From Craspedostauros australis (taxonomy: Eukaryota), in contig JALAGF010004376.1 of the NCBI GenBank assembly GCA_030167865.1, positions 58,268 to 78,267 on the forward strand: a DNA stretch of 20,000 nt. Direction: 5' to 3'. The notes under the pieces were generated by a model that saw only the letters and a program-made list of their open reading frames with translations, did not search any database and was not told where the DNA came from. Shown in pieces: positions 11,097 to 19,305 of this stretch. The translations under genes were made by a program, and so were the position numbers. The first letter of the stretch is position 1, and every line of letters begins with the position of its first letter.

Positions 11097-12869
11097 ATGA
11101 GGGCAGCATCGCATGGACGCTCGATGCGGGTGGGATGGCTGATGGGTCTGTGGCTGTCGCTGTCATGGACCCTGCTCGCCAGGAAGTCGTTGCCGACGGT
11201 CGCTGCGCTGAAGCACGATTACATAACGAAGGACGACGATCGCCTGCTGATTGCGCCGCTTGGGTTTCCCTTCGGTTTTCTGCGCGACGGCGTCTTCAAC
11301 ATCACCGTGTACGATTTCGATCTGAAGCAGGGGGGCCAGGATCTCGTCCTGGAGGGAGACGAGGGACTCTACTACGAGGATGGCGGTGCTCGCGGCCTCG
11401 GCTTGTTCGGGAAGAAGTCGAAGCACAAGTCGCCATCGGAGGCGCTGGAAACGGACTGGAGGAACGACATCTACGGCGTCGGATTCCTCCTCAAGAAGTT
11501 CCATGACGAGGCCGACTTCAACCGCTACATTCGCATGATCGAGTCCAACTCTTCCTACTGCATCCTGGCTGACATTCTGGAGCAGGAAGCGGAGAAAGGC
11601 AAAGACATGGGGGATGATAACTACGGGCACAATTTCGCCCTTGAAGGCGACAACGGGGTCGCGGTGGATGGCATCCTCATGGATATGAGCCATCCAACAC
11701 ACACGTGGGGGCCGAAGACGCCCTCCATGGCGTACACCTTCAACGATGAGAAGGATGACGAGGTTGGTCTCTACTTCCTCATGTACCAGCTCTGTTTCAA
11801 CCCGGGCGCCCAGACCAACGTGCGCACGACCTTCAAGTTGGATTTCCACTTCTACAACAAGGACCGCTTCGGGAGAAGGTCATACCTGTCTGCCGGCCAG
11901 ATGATCCTGCCCTTTCTCTTCTTCTACTTCGCCATCGCGTACGCAGTTGCCACCTACGTATGGTTCAAGAACATTGCCCTCGTGGAGGATGGTCAGACGG
12001 GGTACTTCAGCAATCCCACTCGGGGTCAGCCCATCGTGTACCCCATCCACAGATTGATGGGCTGGTTGCTGGTGGTCAAGGGCGTCTCGCTCTTCTTCGA
12101 AGCCATCCGTTACCACTACCTGCGCGTCACCGGCCAGGCCGTGCTGTGGACGGGCGTCTACTACTTCTTCGCCATCGTCAAGGGATTCTTCCTCTTCGTC
12201 GTCCTCCTCCTCCTGGGTTCTGGCTGGAGCTTCGTCAAGCCGTTCCTCGGCGAACGAGAAAAGAAGATATTCTTCGTCGTGCTTATCCTGCAGTTCCTCA
12301 ACAACGTGGCCATGATTGTCCTCAGCGACGACACGGAAGGCGAGCGCGCATTCGACCACTGGACCGCCATCCTGCATCTGGTGGACATCCTGTGCTGCTG
12401 CGTCATCCTCGTCCCCATCGTGTGGCGCGTCAACGAGCTGCAGAAGAACATGGAGCAGAGCAACGGCGATCACAACGACACGCAAGATGACGTGGGCGAC
12501 GATGACGACGCGGTCGTGCCGGAGGATGAGATGGAGAATGTCGACGACGTCCCACAGCGCCATGCCAACGGACGCTTGCTCAACAAGCTGCGTCTCTTCC
12601 GCAGCTTCTACCTCCTCGTCATGGTCTACATTTACGTCACGCGCATCGTGGTGTACCTCTTCTCCGTGCAGCTCGATTACAGGCACACCTGGGTCAAGAC
12701 CTTCGTCGTGGAATCGGTGACGCTGGCATTCTACGTCTTGGTGGGAATGCAGTTCCGTCCGATGGGCGAAAACCCCTACCTGACCATCGAACGTGAGGAA
12801 GACTTCGAGGGTGCATTGGGTGAGGTGGAGCTCGAAGTGCGGCGATCGAGACGACCGTTGCCGCCGTGA
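11097..12869 (+). CDS. GPR107: GPR107/GPR108-like seven-transmembrane Golgi protein (GOST / lung-7TM family), 590 aa
   Basis: Hydrophobic N-terminal signal, luminal domain (PFGFLRDG; SYLSAGQMILP), seven hydrophobic segments with IHRLM, GSGWSFVKPFLGEREKKIF, VDILCCCVILVPIVW, KLRLFRSFYLLVMVYIYVTRIVVY, and FRP..ENPYL. GPR107 versus GPR108 orthology cannot be resolved. Confidence 0.9.
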   Translation: MRAASHGRSMRVGWLMGLWLSLSWTLLARKSLPTVAALKHDYITKDDDRLLIAPLGFPFGFLRDGVFNITVYDFDLKQGGQDLVLEGDEGLYYEDGGARGLGLFGKKSKHKSPSEALETDWRNDIYGVGFLLKKFHDEADFNRYIRMIESNSSYCILADILEQEAEKGKDMGDDNYGHNFALEGDNGVAVDGILMDMSHPTHTWGPKTPSMAYTFNDEKDDEVGLYFLMYQLCFNPGAQTNVRTTFKLDFHFYNKDRFGRRSYLSAGQMILPFLFFYFAIAYAVATYVWFKNIALVEDGQTGYFSNPTRGQPIVYPIHRLMGWLLVVKGVSLFFEAIRYHYLRVTGQAVLWTGVYYFFAIVKGFFLFVVLLLLGSGWSFVKPFLGEREKKIFFVVLILQFLNNVAMIVLSDDTEGERAFDHWTAILHLVDILCCCVILVPIVWRVNELQKNMEQSNGDHNDTQDDVGDDDDAVVPEDEMENVDDVPQRHANGRLLNKLRLFRSFYLLVMVYIYVTRIVVYLFSVQLDYRHTWVKTFVVESVTLAFYVLVGMQFRPMGENPYLTIEREEDFEGALGEVELEVRRSRRPLPP

Positions 12870-13423
12870 GGTTGTTTGGAGCAGCATTGATCGTGAGTAC
12901 TCTTGGTGGGCAGTAATAGTAGAGTAGGCAACAAGAACGAGTATTCACTCCACTGAACTCTTTGAAGAGACCATTGCCAGCAATGCTGCATTTGTAGGTG
13001 GCAAACACGCGGCACCAGTGCATGCAAATGTGGCCTCAGGAATCTATCACAGGAGCACTCGCCATCCCATCATTCTTTCTGTAGCGTTAATAGTGTTGTC
13101 GTTTCTAATCGTTGTTACCATGCAATGTATCCAATTGGAAAAAGTGAAAGAATGCTCCGACTACTGCTTCTTTCCGGTTTGTTGGATCCTTGTGCCAATG
13201 CCTTGCTGTTGGTTGGTTGTGCCATGCTCCCGCTGCTCCAGATGCAGGTGTTGCGAACATACGAGTGCAGGCAGCCCGTCTTCTGGAATAGGTCTGCTTT
13301 CGACATCGACCTTGTCTAGAGATGTTGCGCCGCGCCACATCACGACACATCAGGGCTCACCACATATGACACATGACAGCGACAATGACTTGCTGCAAAT
13401 TGGAAGGAACCTGCAGATGCCGC

Positions 13424-14164
13424 TTAAGACCACATGAGGTTCTTGACGAGCTTGCCCTTGCTGTTGAGCAATTCAAAGTTGAGCGGGAGGAAGTAGTCGG
13501 AAAGACCGTCCGGCGTGTTGATCTGGATACCTCCCATGAGGGCGATGCTGCCGTTGCCCTCCATGGCGCCGCATCCCTTATCGACGATGTTGTCCATCAT
13601 TTTTCTCTGCGCGTCGTAAAGCGCGTAGGGCAGCTCGACGTTGCGATCATCGGCGGTGAGGAGACGCTCGGCGTAGGGCGCGAGCTGTCCATCGACGTAG
13701 GCCTGCTGCGCGTCGAGGGAGTCCGTGGCCGGCAGTGGCTTGCCATCCTGCATGGGTGGCATCTGTCCCTTGCGGATCTTTCCGAGCGCGGCGGCGGCGC
13801 TACCGCAGCACGCACCACCCTTGGCACGTCCACGGCGGTTGACGGTTCCGACGCTGCCGTAGGAGTCGACGCCGACGTGGGGTCCGAAGACGACGAGGCA
13901 CGAACCGCCGTCGGGGATGTGATGGGCCATGGCGCCGAAGCTGGTGACGCCGCCGAACGGGAATCCTGCGAGGCCGCCCATGACGAATGGCTCGTCGTAG
14001 ACCTTGGCGAGGTCCTTCTCGAGCGGTCGGTTGACCTCGTCACAGCACAAGGAGGTGGCGACCAGACTGTTCTTTCCGTATCCGTACTTGGAGAGGCGCT
14101 CCGTGACGCGCTTGATGAACTCGGCGTTTGGCAGGGCGTTGGGGAATGCCATGGCGATCTTGGC
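13424..14164 (-). CDS. Theta-class carbonic anhydrase (LCIB/LCIC family), exon 2, catalytic domain
   Basis: Family motifs TSLCCDEVNR, MGGLAGFPFGGVTSFGAMAHHIPDGG, FGPHVG, ACCGSA, LMGGIQINTP; the Cys/His/Cys zinc ligands are intact. Acceptor CAG at 14167-14165 (minus strand), phase 0. Confidence 0.93.
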   Translation of the reverse strand, partial: AKIAMAFPNALPNAEFIKRVTERLSKYGYGKNSLVATSLCCDEVNRPLEKDLAKVYDEPFVMGGLAGFPFGGVTSFGAMAHHIPDGGSCLVVFGPHVGVDSYGSVGTVNRRGRAKGGACCGSAAAALGKIRKGQMPPMQDGKPLPATDSLDAQQAYVDGQLAPYAERLLTADDRNVELPYALYDAQRKMMDNIVDKGCGAMEGNGSIALMGGIQINTPDGLSDYFLPLNFELLNSKGKLVKNLMWS

Positions 14165-14395
14165 CTGCGTCATGAAGATTCAGTTGCGTCAAGGAATGGG
14201 AATGCCATCAGTACGCGCGTGTACAGCAAGGCGTGGGAGTTCGTGTCGAGTCAAGGTGAGAAGACACGAGTGAGACGAACGACAGGCTGTATTACTGACA
14301 CTCATCCATGTATGGTACGGTACAGCCCAGGAGTCTGCTGAGATGGCTTGATAGGAGAGTGGAATCAGAATAGAGCTCCCATCTATCTCTCCAGA

Positions 14396-14458
14396 TCAAG
14401 TCTACCATGTTCAAGTCTATCATGTTCAAGTCTACCATGTTCAAGTCCACCATGTTCA
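14396..14458. repeat. 15-bp minisatellite, about 4.2 copies, inside the theta-CA intron
   Basis: tcaagtctaccatgt tcaagtctatcatgt tcaagtctaccatgt tcaagtccaccatgt tca. Confidence 0.92.
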
Positions 14459-14519
14459 CGGTTATATGCTCAATGCTCAAGAATGTTCCAATGGCAATCG
14501 CAAAACATTGATGACCTAC

Positions 14520-14990
14520 CTCTGGGACAGACAGTCCCTTGCCGAGTCCACCGCTGAGCGTGATGCCGGCACCAAGTCCAACTCCGAAGAGTCCGGACAG
14601 GGCAAAGGCGTTCATGCCGAGCTCTCCGAACTCGCGACGGTCCATGTCGCTCTCGGCTCCAAAAGAGGCACCTGCCAGCTCCATCGGCTTTCCGAGGCGG
14701 TACTTGGATCCTGTGAGGGTGGTGACGGTGGCCGTCGTCTTGGCGCCGTTGGGGTTGGAGAGCGGGGACGTCGTGATGATGTCTCCGTCGCTCAATGAGG
14801 GATGATCGCGCACGCTGCCGACGACGCTGCCATTCTCAAGCACCTGCCATTCATCGAGGGTAGTGACATCGAGCTGCGTGGATGGGAATCGTGCAGAATG
14901 CTGCGATGGAGACGTGAAGGCGGCGACGCCGTGTTGCTGGGCAGCCACGAGGGCGACGGTGGCGATCATGCAGTTGCTGCTGAACTTCAT
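14520..14990 (-). CDS. Theta-CA exon 1: signal peptide, plastid transit peptide, small domain, twin-arginine thylakoid-targeting/anchor segment (157 aa)
   Basis: MKFSSNCMIATVALVAAQQHGVAA-FTSPSQ fits a diatom ASAFAP-type bipartite signal; DRREF followed by a hydrophobic Gly-rich stretch; donor GAG|GTAGGT at 14519 (phase 0) joins in frame to exon 2 (LSVPE-AKIAMAFP), intron 355 nt. Confidence 0.8.
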
Positions 14991-15261
14991 CTTGTCTTCT
15001 TATTCTGTCTCTGGGGCGAGAGTGGCAGTCGTATAGTAGTGAGGTATAGTATGTATGTTGTGGAGGATTGGGTTGCGTGGGTGATGGCGATTGCGATTGC
15101 GATGATGTTGACAGCAACGATGGATACGGATACGAAGGTCTTTGTGGTCTTCTGATGGGGGCAATGCGCGTTGTGCGGGCATCCCAAGATCGCGTAGCGT
15201 TTGATGTTGTTGTCATCGACACGTACTTGCAAAAGTACTCGCAAATGTCGCGTAGGTACTC

Positions 15262-15538
15262 CACGTGACTTCACTACTAGTAGGTCGTACCTGACGAGGA
15301 GCACGTCAGTTGTCGTTGATGTGTTGCCGTTGCTTCCTTCAGCCAAGCAATTGGCCTAAATGACGTCACCAAACCGTGATGTGACTCAGGCATCAAGTTG
15401 ACGTCACATGTGTCACTTGAACCAAAGTACTCCAACAGTCCCAAATACACATCTTGTCTTCCTTCGCGCCAGAAATTGCGACTTTTGCGTCATTGCGGCA
15501 AGGACACGAACGAGACGTAAGAGTTGCCAAACTGACGA
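15262..15538. promoter_or_regulatory. Cluster of bZIP/CRE (CCRE-like) motifs in the putative theta-CA promoter
   Basis: CACGTG 15262, TGACGA 15292, ACGTCA 15303, TGACGTCA 15361, TGACTCA 15382, TGACGTCA 15399, GCGTCA 15487, TGACGA 15533; about 270-550 bp upstream of the ATG at 14990. Confidence 0.65.
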
Positions 15539-15658
15539 TGGCGCAATTACCCACATGCTTTCGAGAGCATACTACTGCTTGCATTATACTCATCTCGCAT
15601 CAACCTGCTCCATCACACGTTCCCCCATAAAAGCATGGCATCATCATTCATTCATAGA

Positions 15659-17362
15659 TCACTTCTTCTGCCTCTTCTTGCGTCTTTGCTGAAGATGGAG
15701 CTGATGTTGATGCTGTTGCTGTTGGAGCCGTTTGCGTTGCAGCGCCTGTGATTGTTTCGGCTCGTTCATGCCAACCAAATGTGTGAGAATTGCGGTGTGC
15801 TCTTTCGTTCGTATATGCCGCGCGCCGACGAGAGGGATCTTCTTGACATTGGCGTCGTCCTCCTCGTTGTCTTCCTTCTCTGTTTGTTTAGTGGCGCTGT
15901 CTTTCGCTGTCTCTGGTTTGCCGTCTGTACGAGAAGTGGCATTGGCTTTGGCATTGGCGGTAGTTGTTGCATTCGTATTGGTGGTTGCAGTTGCACTATT
16001 TGTGACTGCGGTACTGCTTGCAGTTGTTGCTGTCGCTGTTGATGTCTTGTCGTCGCCGGCTGCACCCTTCTGAACTTCGTCCTTGTTGCTGTCGTCACTA
16101 CCGGTTGCGTCTGTGGCTGCGTCTATGGATGGCTTCGAGGTCGTGGATGATGGCACGGGCGACGCGGATGGCGGCACAATCTTGACCAGCGACGCCCCCG
16201 ATTTGTCCACCGAGGCATCGATCTTGATGCAGTGCAGTTGCTCCAGCACGGTCGTGGCCACCGCGACGACACCTTCATCATTCAGGTTCAGTTCATTGCC
16301 CAGCGTTCTCGCAAAATCGTACACGGTGTACGAAGTGTCCGTTGTATCCCACAAAAGGTCCTCATGGATCTCGGTGTCTTCCACGAACAGGCGGATGGAG
16401 ATTGGCACAAGATGTCCAAACTTCGCCTTCTTCCTCGCCTTTGCAGTTGATTTCTTCGCAGATTTCACACCAGATGCTGTTGCTGTTGCAGCTGCACTTC
16501 CCTTACCAGCCGTGGTTGTCTCACGAATATCATCGACCTTCGATTCATTGTTCATGGATGATCCATCCGCGCTGGCCTTCTTCCGCATACCAGAACCAAC
16601 ACGAATACGAGTACGGCTCTGTGTGCGGTCAACACCAACGCCAACGCCGCTGCGAGGAGCAACCTCACGATGCCGCCCGCTCAACAACGCAACGGAATGA
16701 TTGTGGTACGCCTCCCACAGCTGGGGACGTAGCTGGTCTTGAATCTTCTTGAGCACGTGCTCCGAAAAGAGATCGACACGCCCCGTGAAATTGCGCACAT
16801 GCCGGCCCATGCCCAGAACTTCCATCTCGGACAGCAAGGTGTAGGCGTACTCTTGCACGTTGGCCTCCAGAACGTCGTGCAACGAGAACGTGGACGATGC
16901 GACGTCCAACGGAACGGGCCAGCAGGTCGGATCGATGACCAACGTCTCCACAATGCGGACGACCGAGCTCGATGGCGATTGCGACACCGAGTCGGCAGTC
17001 ATCTGCGCCTGCGTCTGCGATATCTTCGTGGACCGCGCGTGCGAGGCCGACGTCGACTTGGATCTGGGAGTGGAACTGGAGGCCGTCTTCCTTCCCGATC
17101 CGTGGCTCGTGCGCACGCGGGACTTCGTCTTGGCCTCCTTCAGCTCCCTCTCTCGCGGCGTATCCATGCTCGATCGGTACGTCGATTCGTCGGCCGTGAC
17201 GTCCACTCGAATTGGAATCAGGGCGGACGCCGACAAGGGACGATGATTCACGCGCTGCTGCGCATGCACCTGCTTCTGCTGCCTCTGCTGTTGATCTTGA
17301 ACGGGCATCGACGAGTTGCTTGCTTTGAGAGGTTCCTCGACCTCCATCGCGGCTTCTCCCAT
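15659..17362 (-). CDS. SNF5: SNF5/SMARCB1/INI1-domain protein (SWI/SNF or RSC subunit-like), divergent, 567 aa
   Basis: Two SNF5-type repeats: LIPIRVDV...VRIVETLVID...YAYTLLSEM...KIQDQL and LVPISIRLFVEDTEIHEDLLWD...YDFARTLGNELNL...VAVATTVLEQL; low-complexity linkers; basic NLS-like C-terminus RRKKRQKK. Confidence 0.65.
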   Translation of the reverse strand: MGEAAMEVEEPLKASNSSMPVQDQQQRQQKQVHAQQRVNHRPLSASALIPIRVDVTADESTYRSSMDTPRERELKEAKTKSRVRTSHGSGRKTASSSTPRSKSTSASHARSTKISQTQAQMTADSVSQSPSSSVVRIVETLVIDPTCWPVPLDVASSTFSLHDVLEANVQEYAYTLLSEMEVLGMGRHVRNFTGRVDLFSEHVLKKIQDQLRPQLWEAYHNHSVALLSGRHREVAPRSGVGVGVDRTQSRTRIRVGSGMRKKASADGSSMNNESKVDDIRETTTAGKGSAAATATASGVKSAKKSTAKARKKAKFGHLVPISIRLFVEDTEIHEDLLWDTTDTSYTVYDFARTLGNELNLNDEGVVAVATTVLEQLHCIKIDASVDKSGASLVKIVPPSASPVPSSTTSKPSIDAATDATGSDDSNKDEVQKGAAGDDKTSTATATTASSTAVTNSATATTNTNATTTANAKANATSRTDGKPETAKDSATKQTEKEDNEEDDANVKKIPLVGARHIRTKEHTAILTHLVGMNEPKQSQALQRKRLQQQQHQHQLHLQQRRKKRQKK

Positions 17363-17853
17363 TCCTTCCCTCGTCCTGACGTGATACGACGTGTTACGAT
17401 GCGTTTTGGACTGCCGGTGTTGTATTGTGCTCGAGTTGAGGCGGAATAGTCTAATGTATTATTGTGGTAACAGTATGTGCAATGACGGTTGTGGTTGCGA
17501 TCGTCGAGGGTCGGAGCGCCATTGTGAAGAAATTCGTGGTTGACGCTCTTTGGTGTCGTTCATTCTTGTCGTGTTGTTTTGTGTTTGTGCTGTAGCCTAC
17601 GTGGACGAATGTAGATATGCTCAGTACTCACGAATCACATGAGTGATACCTTGATGGTGGTATCTTCGCCGACGCTCGACCAAAACTTGAAGAAAAATGA
17701 CCACCAACAACAACGAACACGCCAACATCCGCATCCATGGAGAGAATGATCAGCATCACTGCTACCGACGCCGACGCCAGAACCGACCATTCTTCAACCA
17801 GCCTGGATGCATCCACCAGCCACTCATCGTAGCAGGACACGCACGCGCCCGCC

Positions 17854-19305
17854 ATGAGGAGCCGCAATCGACATGGAGGTCACAAGCGGTTGACACGAAG
17901 ACGCATGGTATGGCTGCTGTTCCTTGCAGCGCTTGCGATGACGGCGGTCGTGCCTTTCCTGCAGTCGGTGCCTCTGCCGACACCGTCGCAGATGAACTCC
18001 AAGGGCATCTTGGAGGGCTTCCAGATGGGCGAAGGCAACAATCATGGAGATGCAGTCAACAAGCGTGGAGATGCAGATGCGCTCAAAGACATGCATGCAG
18101 CTTCAACGAAATCACAAGACAGCGTAGATCAACAGCCAACACCGCGGGTTTGGAACATGACAATCAAGCAGCACGATCCGCAGATGCTGGAGAAAGTTCG
18201 GCAGCGATGCGCTCTCTGCTTCTTCGGTTTGCCACGAAGCTTCGGCTCCATGGTGCTGCCATCGATTCGGAAGAATATCCTGATTCCCAACAAGGAGTAC
18301 CAATGCGACATCTTCGTGCACTTTTTCAGCGTGGACCAGGAACCAGGCGGACGATCTGGGGCCGGCGGGGAGATCAATTCGACGGAGATCTACGAGCTCA
18401 AAGATTCCGTGCAACAGCTGTACAAGGAGGATGTTGCTGCGGGCCGGTCACCGCGAGTGCTGGTATCGTTCGTCAACAACACGGACGGTGAATTCTGGCG
18501 GCAGCGCGGGGACATCATTCACAAGTACGAAACCACGATGGACGCGGAGGGCAACCCGGTGTACTTTCCGTACAAAGCACGCACGTACACGTTCCCAACC
18601 ACGCTGCACAACATCCTCAGACAGTGGCATTCGATAGATTCCGTGTGGAAGCACATGGAACGCATGGGGCATCGGTTGGGCAAGTCGTACGACCGCGTGG
18701 CGATGTTGCGAAGCGATGTCATATACGTCACGCCGTTGGACATCTTCGAAGTGGAGAGGGACGTGTACGACTATGAGAACCAGCACGTCATCGTTCCGCA
18801 TTTCGCGCAGTACCCCGTCAACGACCGCATGATATACGGTCCCCACGATGCAGTGCGCACGTGGGCGACGCAACGATTCCCTCGCGTCGAAATGCATGCA
18901 AAGACATTCGCGAACAAGGGATACATCATGCATTCCGAGCAGTTCCTCAATCATTCCATCTTCACCCCCATGCAGCAGGAGCAACACTACGAAGTCAAGA
19001 CCAACCCTGACATCTGCTTCTTCCGCGCACGCGCCGGAAACATGGTCTGGATATCGGACTGCGTCACGAGGGGCGGCTCCACACGCGATTTCCGCAACAA
19101 AGCCAAGCTGCGGCTGGTGGAAGACATTCTAGGCCGATCGTGCGTCAAGAGCAAGCTCCGGCACCGCGTCACGCAGGCGCATTGTCCATTGGAAAGCATA
19201 GATAACATCGGCAGCCATGGAAATGGCACTGCCGTTGGCGGTGACGGTGGCGACAACGTTCAGAAAGATGCAGACGCGCAACTACATGACGAACATGAAG
19301 AATGA
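17854..19305 (+). CDS. Type II membrane protein, putative glycosyltransferase-like (Golgi-type), 483 aa
   Basis: Short basic N-tail, single TM (MVWLLFLAALAMTAVVPFL), stem, then a globular domain with CALCFFGLPRSF, DIFVH, QWHSI, YDRVAMLRSDVIY, NDRMIYG, HSEQFL. In-frame stop at 17830 supports this ATG. The gene is well supported; its function is inferred. Confidence 0.7.
   Translation: MRSRNRHGGHKRLTRRRMVWLLFLAALAMTAVVPFLQSVPLPTPSQMNSKGILEGFQMGEGNNHGDAVNKRGDADALKDMHAASTKSQDSVDQQPTPRVWNMTIKQHDPQMLEKVRQRCALCFFGLPRSFGSMVLPSIRKNILIPNKEYQCDIFVHFFSVDQEPGGRSGAGGEINSTEIYELKDSVQQLYKEDVAAGRSPRVLVSFVNNTDGEFWRQRGDIIHKYETTMDAEGNPVYFPYKARTYTFPTTLHNILRQWHSIDSVWKHMERMGHRLGKSYDRVAMLRSDVIYVTPLDIFEVERDVYDYENQHVIVPHFAQYPVNDRMIYGPHDAVRTWATQRFPRVEMHAKTFANKGYIMHSEQFLNHSIFTPMQQEQHYEVKTNPDICFFRARAGNMVWISDCVTRGGSTRDFRNKAKLRLVEDILGRSCVKSKLRHRVTQAHCPLESIDNIGSHGNGTAVGGDGGDNVQKDADAQLHDEHEE

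Noticed and set aside
11163-12887. Long minus-strand ORFs (228 and 335 aa)
   Set aside because: Antisense shadows of the GPR107-like gene caused by GC3 bias.
13373-14341. 322-aa + strand ORF
   Set aside because: Antisense shadow of the codon-biased theta-CA exon; no recognisable motifs.
14396-14458. CRISPR-like interpretation of the short repeats (also 11043-11088)
   Set aside because: Head-to-tail tandem units with no spacers, no cas genes, eukaryotic context.
17697-18491. 264-aa overlapping + strand ORF
   Set aside because: Alternative frame of the GT-like gene with low-complexity, non-protein-like composition; it could at most act as an upstream ATG.
1-19305. Functional gene cluster linking VPS13, GPR107-like, theta-CA and GT-like genes
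   Set aside because: Eukaryotic neighbours with mixed orientation and different predicted compartments; adjacency alone is not evidence.
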